DNA of 64,000 bases. Source: an uncultured Candidatus Saccharibacteria bacterium. Its GTDB lineage: Bacteria > Patescibacteriota > Minisyncoccia > Phycocordibacterales > SBAW01. Below, piece after piece: positions 9,214 through 17,100 of this stretch. The DNA is taken from assembly GCA_964349675.1 (NCBI GenBank), contig CAYGHD010000002.1:4012-68011 (forward strand), read 5' to 3'. A program made the translations under genes and the position numbers. The notes beneath the pieces were generated by a model, which was not told the origin of the DNA, made no database searches, and was given only the letters and a program-made list of their open reading frames with translations. Positions within the stretch are counted from its first letter, which is position 1; each line of letters starts with the position of its first letter.

Positions 9214-12200
9214 TCAGGCCGAGCAGCTTTCGCAAACTTCACCGATCATTTCTATCTTTGGACGCACCGTGCCTTTGTTTTTAGCGGCTTCTTCAGCAAG
9301 GAGTTTGGCAAGGCGGTTTTCTGATACTTGGGCAAGCGAGGTGTCCGCAAAGACGGGTGCTGCGGTTTGCGCCACTGCCAGAGGCGTTTCGCGCGCTACA
9401 GAGGCGGTCAGCATCGGGGTGCTCTGTGGGCGGGGCGCTTCAGCAAAAGCCATCTCGCCTTGGGCGTTCATCATGAGGGGCGAAGGTATAGAGCCGCTGA
9501 GTGGGCTGTGTGCAGCTTCAGTAATGGTCACAATTTCCTCGATGGTGACGGTGGCCATGCCGTTGCTGACACTTGCGTCAGTTTTTGAGGTGCCACCGAA
9601 CTTTTGCAGGTTTATGGTCGACTTTTCGATGCGGGATGCGCCCATGGTGCGCAGGTAGTACGTTGTCTTAAGTCCCAGTGCCCAGGCGTATTGGTAAATC
9701 TCTGAAAGTACTTTGCCCGAGGTGCCGCTGTAGAAGATGTTGAGCGACTGCGACTGGTCTATCCAGCGGCCGCGGTAGGCAGCTGCTTTGATGAGCCACT
9801 GTGGGTCAATCTCGAAGACTTCTTTATATTTGGCACGCAGCGCAGGGGGGATCTCCGCTATTTCTTGGATGCTGCCGTCGTAGAATTTGATTTTCTCCAG
9901 CATATCCATATTCCACAGTCCAAGGCGCTTCAGGTCTTCAACCAAAAACTCGTTCACGATCATAAAGTCGCCCGCCATGTTGGACTTTACGTACAGGTTT
10001 TTGTATATGGGTTCAATGGTTGGGTAGCAGCCGGCAATGTTTGCGGTTGATGCGGTTGGCGCATTTGCCATGGTGTTTGAGTTACGCATGCCCCACGTGC
10101 GCACCGCTTCGCGCACTAGGCGCCAATCCAAGCTCTCTGCGCGAGGTACGTCGATGCGGATGCCGCGCTCTTGCTCGAGCAATGCAAGGGTGTCTTGCGG
10201 CAAAATGCCGCGATCCCATTTGGAACCTTTGTACGACTCGTACGTACCGCGCTCTTTTGCAAGGAGTGCCGACGAGAGGATGGTGTGGTACGCAATGACC
10301 TCCATACTTTCGTCAGAAAAGCGGACGGCTGCATCTGAGTCAAAATTAATGTCCAGTTTGTAGAGCGCGTCCTGGAGCCCGCGGAGTCCCAGCCCCACAG
10401 GGCGGTGGCGCATGTTTGAGTTGCGGGTTTTGTCGGTTGGGTAGAAGTTAACGTCAATGACGTTGTCGAGCATGCGCATCGCAACAGGCACCACGCGGGC
10501 TACCAAGTCGCGGTCAAAGGCGCCGTGGCGTACAAAGCTCGACATATTGATTGAGCCTAGGTTGCAGACAGCCGTCTCCTCGTTGGGGCTTGAGTTGAGG
10601 GTTATCTCGGTGCACAGGTTGCTGGAGTGGACGACGCCAACGTGGTCTTGCGGGCTGCGGACGTTGCTTGGGTCCTTCCACGTTATCCATGGGTGGCCTG
10701 TCTCAAACAACATGGTGATGTGTTTGCGCCACAGGTCAGCAGCGCGCACGCGCTTAAACATCGGCATCTTGCCTTCGTCAGAGAGGCGCTCATATTCTGC
10801 GTAGCGCTCTTCAAACTTGCGGCCATATATCTCATGCAGGTCGGGCACATCAGAAGGTGAAAAGAGCGTCCAGTAGCCATCCTCTGCCAAACGCTTCATA
10901 AAGAGGTCGGGGATCCACGTTGCCGTGTTAAGGTCGTGTGCGCGGCGGCGTTCGTCGCCGGTATTTTTGCGCAGCTCGATAAAGTCTTCAATGTCAGCGT
11001 GCCAATACTCCAAGTACACTGCCTGGGCGCCACGGCGGCGGCCTGAGCGGTTGATTGAAATGGTGACGTCGTTTGCGATTTTGAGGAAGGGGATGACACC
11101 CTGGCTTTCTACCCCTGTAGTCTTAACCAGCGAGCCCGTTGCGCGCACGTTTGTCCAGTCGGTGCCAAGGCCGCCAGCATACTTCAACAACTGCGCGCCG
11201 TCTGAATATTCGCGGAAGATGGCGTGCAGGTCGTCGCCCACCGTAGCCAAAAAGCATGATGACAGTTGGGGGAGTTTGAGCCCTGCGTGGTAGAGCGTAG
11301 GGGACGAGGGGGTGTAGTACATAGCCGACATCACCTCATAAAACTCAACAGCATAGCGCTCTCTGTCTTCGGGCGTCTTTTCTGCCAAGGCGCAGCCCAT
11401 TGCAACGCGCATCCAGAATATCTGCGGAGTCTCAAGGAGTTTGCGGGTGCCGTGCTCTTTGGACAGGTAGTTTGCCTGTAGCGTCTGCAACCCAAGGTAG
11501 CGGAAGTCACGGTCGCGCTCGACAATCAGCGAGTCAGCGAGTTTTGCAAGGTCAAAGTCGAGCATGCGGGGGTCAAACTGGCCTATCTCAACGCCGCGAT
11601 GGATAGTCTTGATGAAAGCATTTTTATGCACCTCCTCAAGCTTAGTGAAGTCCATTTCGCCAAATACTTCTTTATAGAGCGACTGGAGCAAAAGCCGTGC
11701 TGCAACGGTAGAGTGTGCTGGGTCGCGCTCGATCATCGAGCGCACCACCATAATCAAAACGTCATGGATGTCTTTGGTCTTCATCTGGTCGTACATCTCT
11801 GCGCGGACACGGCCGATGATTGCGGGCACGTCTATCACGCGCTCCAGCCCTTCCGCGGCGCGCAAGAGGGTGCGGGTGAGTTTACTCTCACTAAATGCCT
11901 CTTTTGACCCATCCCGCTTGGTAATGAGGAGTGTATTTTCTATAATTTTTTCAATAACCTCCTCCTTTTTCTCTTCGCGGAGCTTGTTATGCTCGTAGCG
12001 GTAAATGATGTAGGATTTTGCGACGTTAAAGTAACCCCGCTCCATCAAAGCAGTCTCTACGAGGTCTTGAATATCTTCGACGCTGGGGATAAACGCGGTC
12101 GTGCCAAACTTCATGTCGATAGCGTCGACCACGACGCGGGTGATGTCTATTGAGTCTGCGTCATGCGAGTCGCCTAAAACCGCGGCAAAGGCTTTTTGTA

Positions 12201-12381
12201 TGGCCACCGTGACTTTGTCAGGATGAAAATCGACAATCTCTCCGTTTCGTTTTTTGATTTTTTGGGTGATGGCCATAGACGCGCGGCTTACGTTAATAAA
12301 TTGCCCTTGTGGGAAATACATTATACCTCTGACTCGTGGCATCATGCCCTGTGCATAGCGAATCCGAGAACTTTTTATCAA
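9214..12381 (-). CDS. nrdA: Ribonucleotide reductase class I alpha (large) subunit with N-terminal ATP-cone and extended C-terminal tail
   Basis: ATP-cone near the N-terminus (VDFHPDKVTVAIQKAF). Active site NLCTEITL. C-terminal CESC redox pair. The true start is probably the MAITQK Met near 12276. Confidence 0.9.
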   Translation of the reverse strand: MIKSSRIRYAQGMMPRVRGIMYFPQGQFINVSRASMAITQKIKKRNGEIVDFHPDKVTVAIQKAFAAVLGDSHDADSIDITRVVVDAIDMKFGTTAFIPSVEDIQDLVETALMERGYFNVAKSYIIYRYEHNKLREEKKEEVIEKIIENTLLITKRDGSKEAFSESKLTRTLLRAAEGLERVIDVPAIIGRVRAEMYDQMKTKDIHDVLIMVVRSMIERDPAHSTVAARLLLQSLYKEVFGEMDFTKLEEVHKNAFIKTIHRGVEIGQFDPRMLDFDLAKLADSLIVERDRDFRYLGLQTLQANYLSKEHGTRKLLETPQIFWMRVAMGCALAEKTPEDRERYAVEFYEVMSAMYYTPSSPTLYHAGLKLPQLSSCFLATVGDDLHAIFREYSDGAQLLKYAGGLGTDWTNVRATGSLVKTTGVESQGVIPFLKIANDVTISINRSGRRRGAQAVYLEYWHADIEDFIELRKNTGDERRRAHDLNTATWIPDLFMKRLAEDGYWTLFSPSDVPDLHEIYGRKFEERYAEYERLSDEGKMPMFKRVRAADLWRKHITMLFETGHPWITWKDPSNVRSPQDHVGVVHSSNLCTEITLNSSPNEETAVCNLGSINMSSFVRHGAFDRDLVARVVPVAMRMLDNVIDVNFYPTDKTRNSNMRHRPVGLGLRGLQDALYKLDINFDSDAAVRFSDESMEVIAYHTILSSALLAKERGTYESYKGSKWDRGILPQDTLALLEQERGIRIDVPRAESLDWRLVREAVRTWGMRNSNTMANAPTASTANIAGCYPTIEPIYKNLYVKSNMAGDFMIVNEFLVEDLKRLGLWNMDMLEKIKFYDGSIQEIAEIPPALRAKYKEVFEIDPQWLIKAAAYRGRWIDQSQSLNIFYSGTSGKVLSEIYQYAWALGLKTTYYLRTMGASRIEKSTINLQKFGGTSKTDASVSNGMATVTIEEIVTITEAAHSPLSGSIPSPLMMNAQGEMAFAEAPRPQSTPMLTASVARETPLAVAQTAAPVFADTSLAQVSENRLAKLLAEEAAKNKGTVRPKIEMIGEVCESCSA

Positions 12382-12618
12382 AAAATCAACTCTCTGAGGT
12401 AAAAAAGGACCAAAAGAATAAAATTTTACTCTTTATATCGCTTTTTTTGCGCAAAAATGAGCAACTTCTCCCACTTGCAACACATCTGCGTGGGTTGCGC
12501 CAAGTCTCCAGTGTGTCAAGGTAGCATGCGTTGGCGGGTGTGGACTGCGCAAGAGGCTATAGAAAACAATAAAGGTAGGGTACACTATAGGGCATTAGCC
12601 AGAGTAACGCATATATCC

Positions 12619-12774
12619 ATGGAAACTGAAGTAGCATACTGTGTTAAGTGTCGAGAGAAGCGAGACATGAAGGATCCTGCAGAGGTAGAGATGAAGGGTG
12701 GTCGCCGTGCGATGCAGGGCACTTGCTCGGTGTGCAGTACAAAAATGTTTAAGATCCTGGGCAAAGCAAAATAA
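12619..12774 (+). CDS. Small zinc-ribbon protein, DUF5679-like (~51 aa)
   Basis: CVKCREKRDMKDPAEVEMKGGRRAMQGTCSVCSTKMFKILGK, two CxxC pairs. The longer ORF from 12457 is probably 5' extension artefact. Confidence 0.5.
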   Translation: METEVAYCVKCREKRDMKDPAEVEMKGGRRAMQGTCSVCSTKMFKILGKAK

Positions 12775-12819
12775 TTACAAGGAGCATGGGCGGCCGATAA
12801 GCCTCTTTCCACCAAATGC

Positions 12820-13329
12820 GTGGGAGGGGCTTATCCGTTGCCTCTATCGACCTTTCCATCATCCATGAAAGCAAAAACAACATATACTCCAGGACTTTTT
12901 GACCTTGCGGTGCGCCGCTCTACTGCGGGGCTCGGCCTTTTTACCAACAGCGCTATCCCAAAAGGGGCCTGCGTTATCGAATATGTTGGCCGCGTACTGT
13001 CTAAAGAAGAAGAATATTCGAGCCGGAGCAAATATTTATTTGAAGTAACCAAAACCAAAACCATTGACGGTGCGTCGCGGAGCAACACCGCACGGTATAT
13101 CAACCACTCGTGCCGCCCAAACTGCGAAATTCGGATACGCGGAGGTCAGGTGTTTGTATTTGCAAAGCGCGCCATAGCGGCAGGAGAAGAGCTGTCATAC
13201 GACTATGAGTCTGACTATTTTGATGCGTACATCAAACCAAAAGGCTGCCGCTGCGCTAAATGCAGTGCTACAGCACCAAAAACCAAAACAACAACGCGAC
13301 GAGTATCCGGTACACGCCAAACGGTATAA
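12820..13329 (+). CDS. SET-domain protein-lysine N-methyltransferase-like protein
   Basis: NHSCRPNC and ELSYDY SET signatures plus a post-SET CRCAKC cluster. Starts at GTG 12820 or ATG 12865. Confidence 0.75.
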   Translation: MGGAYPLPLSTFPSSMKAKTTYTPGLFDLAVRRSTAGLGLFTNSAIPKGACVIEYVGRVLSKEEEYSSRSKYLFEVTKTKTIDGASRSNTARYINHSCRPNCEIRIRGGQVFVFAKRAIAAGEELSYDYESDYFDAYIKPKGCRCAKCSATAPKTKTTTRRVSGTRQTV

Positions 13330-14035
13330 AGGTGTGGTGTTTAATCATGCGCAGCAGCCAGGTGATGCTTAAAAGCGCGACCACAAACGCGGTGACGTAG
13401 CCTACTGCTAAAGGGGCTATGTGCGCCGTGGTGAATGATTGGTAATTTTTGAGTACGTCTAAGCCCGTTGCGGCTGCCATGGTCGGTACCGCCAAGAGGA
13501 ATGAAAACTCTACAATCGTGTGCCGCCGCAGCCCCAGCAGCAGGCCGCCCACAATGGTCGCTGCCGAACGAGAGACTCCAGGGATTACAGCCAATGCTTG
13601 AAAGAGTCCGACCCCGAGCGCTTGAAGGTATCCAACTTGCTCCACCTCGCCCTCTTTGGCGGGACGCTCTTTGTGGAATAGTTCGAACAAAATAAGCACG
13701 GCACCGCCCAAGGCGAGCGCCCACAGCACTACCTGCTGGTTGCCCACAAGGTGTGCTTTGATGAAGGGGTAGAGCAGTAGCCCAATGACCGCTGTGGGCA
13801 TAAAGCCGACCGCCAGCCGCTTTAAAATTTCGATATCAAGGAACTGCCGCCAATACAGCGCCAACACCGCGCCAATGGCGCCAAGTTGTATTGCAATTTC
13901 AAATGTTTTTACAAAGTCGCTCTGGGGCAGCCCAAGGAGGTGGCTGGCAAGGATGAGGTGGCCGGTTGAGGAGATGGGTAAAAACTCGGTAACACCCTCA
14001 ACAACTCCCAGTATGAATGCTTGCAGCAAGTCCAT
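13268..14035 (-). CDS. uppP: Undecaprenyl-diphosphatase
   Basis: VVEGVTEFLPISSTGHL motif. Multi-TM protein of the BacA family. Confidence 0.9.
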   Translation of the reverse strand: MDLLQAFILGVVEGVTEFLPISSTGHLILASHLLGLPQSDFVKTFEIAIQLGAIGAVLALYWRQFLDIEILKRLAVGFMPTAVIGLLLYPFIKAHLVGNQQVVLWALALGGAVLILFELFHKERPAKEGEVEQVGYLQALGVGLFQALAVIPGVSRSAATIVGGLLLGLRRHTIVEFSFLLAVPTMAAATGLDVLKNYQSFTTAHIAPLAVGYVTAFVVALLSITWLLRMIKHHTFIPFGVYRILVALLFWFLVL

Positions 14036-14145
14036 GTGTTGTATTGTACATGATGAAGGAGAGTATTTACAAAATTACATATAGTTGCATAATTTTTACT
14101 TTTAGGTACTCTTTAATTGTATGTGGCGCCTGGCGCTTCAGACGT

Positions 14146-17100
14146 ATGACTCTCTATAAAAACACGGCCTACGCCAAGGGGTTTGCGACTATATCTATAG
14201 GTATTTTGCTGCTGACACCCCTCCTTTCATATGCACAAGAGGCGGCTTTAGATACGCCTGTGCAACAGTCTCCAAGCGCCCCAGTAGAGGAGGTTGCTGC
14301 CCCAGATGCTCCTGCGGCTAGTGCAGAGCCACAAATTGCAGCAGCAAGCACGGCTGAGGTTGCGCGGCCTACCATTGATGCGCCCCAACTTTTTACGCAC
14401 GGGTCGCTGGCGCCAAAAGTTTCAGAAACAACCGGCGCGCTCACTGAGCGTGTCGAGCTGGCATTGCCACCGGGGCGAGGAGGCATGACTCCCGACTTGG
14501 CGCTTGTATATAACAGCCAAGATCGCAAAGACAGCATCGTCGGCTATGGATGGTCGCTTTCAATACCCTATATAGAGCGGCTCAATAAAACAGGGTCTGA
14601 GCGCATGTATGTCGACAACTACTTTAGTGCATCGCAGGGTGGTGAGCTTGTGGCGGCTGTAGAAGCAAATGAATATCGGCAGCGCATCGACGACGGCACG
14701 CTGTATGTTTTTAAAAACAATGTTTGGACTGCGTTTGATAAAAAGGGCATCCGCTATACCTATGGGCAGACCCAAGCAGGGCGGCAATTTGCAGCAGAAG
14801 ATCCTGCAAAAGTAGCGCGGTGGATGCTGCAAGAAATCCGGGACACCAACGATAACCGCATTGTTTATGCCTACGCCAAAGAGGGAAGTACGCTCTATCC
14901 AGCCTCCATTACGTATACCAACAGTGGCGCTACTGCGGGGGCATTTGCTGTGCGTTTTGCCTATGAGGCTCGCCCCGACACATTGGTGTCGCACGCCACG
15001 GGTTTTGCCGTAACGCTGCAAAAACGGCTTAAAGCAGTTACGGTTTTGGCAGAGGGCACGGTGGTGACCAAATATGCCCTTACCTATGTGCCGGGGAACA
15101 ACGGTGTCCGCTCGCTATTGAGCGCGCTGCAGCAGACAGGATACAGCGATGGGGGGCAGCAGCAGCGGCCAGCAATACAATTTACCTACTCGGCAACACC
15201 ACCCACATACACACCCAAAGAAAGCTCCCAGTTGTACAATGCGGCGCACGTCGCTGCAGATGCGGACGGCAACGGTTTGCCCGACTTTGCACTGTCGTAT
15301 CAAAACCCTGTATCTCTACAAAAATGGATGTCCGTAGACCTTAATATGTACTCGGTTGTTGCAAACAGGCTCTACCCAAACATGCCCGAGCATTGGTCTA
15401 TATCCGTAGCAGCGCCAGACAACTACCGGCCAGCAGAGGAGGGAGTGCGGTTTTTTGACGCAAACGGAGATGGAAAAGCAGACATTGTGCGCAGTATACG
15501 TATGCGCGATGGCGAGTTGCGTCAAGCGTACTATCAAAACGAGTCAGTCGGCTCGGGGTTGTCGTGGATCCCAAAACCTAATACAGGACTACCTATATTT
15601 GCATACAACCGCATGCGCAATTCTTATGAAGACGTTACCTACAGCACAGGGCTCTTTGGCAACGTAAATGGTGATGGGTTGGTGGACTATGTCTTTTCAC
15701 TCCCGCAGATTGTCTACTCTGGCCTCGACGGTACCTACTTGCACACCAGCGAGCAGGCTGGGTGGGAGTTTGCGACGAGCACGTTTAGCCCGGTGGCAAC
15801 TATGCCCATAACCACCGACGACACCACCGCATCCCAGCTGGTCGACATCAACAGTGACGGGCTTGATGACTGGATGGTGTCGGCAGGGCCAGCGACGTAC
15901 TTTTGCCTCAATACCGGCACGGGTTGGGAAGCAAATTGTGAAAATGGATGGAAGATAGCCACCACGACGCGCCAGGAGACAGGTTGGGACAAAGGCATCA
16001 GATTTATAGATATGAATGCAGATGGACTGCCAGACTATGTGCGCGCCTACCACATGCCGCAATATCAGTACTTAACGAACGGTGCAAAACCGATAGATAC
16101 GAAAATATATAATTATGTATATCTAAACACCGGCTCTGGCTGGGCAACCAGCACGCTACAAATGCCGTCCTTCATATTTTTAGGGCACCCAACGTCGGTG
16201 AGTTGGGGAGGTGATGTTGAATATGATGAGTATGTTGATTGGAATGGCGATGGATTTTTAGACAGCAGCCATATGCAGAGTGAGGGCATGATACCTGATG
16301 TTTTGACCACAGTAACGTACCCAACCGGCGGGAGCATTGGCGTAACGTACGCATTTTCAACCAAGTCGGGGGAGAACCCAGACCTCGCCTTCCCCATGCT
16401 GTTGGTGACAGACATTACGGTCAATAACGGCCTTGGCCGCAGCGACAAAACAACCTACTCGTATGCGGGAGGTAAGTGGCACATCCCGGGCGATGTGCGC
16501 GAGCGGCGATTTGCAGGCTTTGCCAAAGTCACGGCGGTGGATCCAAACAAAACAGTGGTGACGTATTTTAACCAAGGGGATGCGGTGTCTGGCGATGGAG
16601 AGCAGAGCGACCATGTGGCGCAAATCGGGCGCGCATATCGAGAAGATATACTAAGCCCCTCGGGTGCGCTCGAGCGCAAGACGCTCACGCGCTATCAAAC
16701 GTTTGACCAAAACGGTGCGTACAAAGTGTTGCCAGTGCAAGAAGTGTCACAAGACTACAATCAAAATGATACACATCGAGATGCGGCAAAAACGTATACC
16801 TATGACCCGCTGACGGGGGATTTGCTGCAAGAGGTGCAGTGGGGCGAAGTTGCGGGGTTGGCAAACGGCTCATTTACTGACATGGGCGCGGACACGTACA
16901 CCGCCATCATGCGCTATGCGCCAGGTACGGCAAAGGCGATGCGGGTGCTGGTGAGCGAAACAAAAACTGACAGCGCAGGTAGCAAGCTGGCCGAAGCGAA
17001 GCATTACTACGATGGTTTGCCGTTGGGCAGCGCCACGCGCGGCATGGAGACAAAAACAGAACGCTGGCAGCAGGGCGCTGTGTATAGCACAACGCTGCGC

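Noticed and set aside
12277-12460. Looked for NrdR boxes upstream of nrdA and near nrdB
   Set aside because: No acaC.A.ATATA.T.GTGT-like palindromes were found by eye. A profile scan would be needed.
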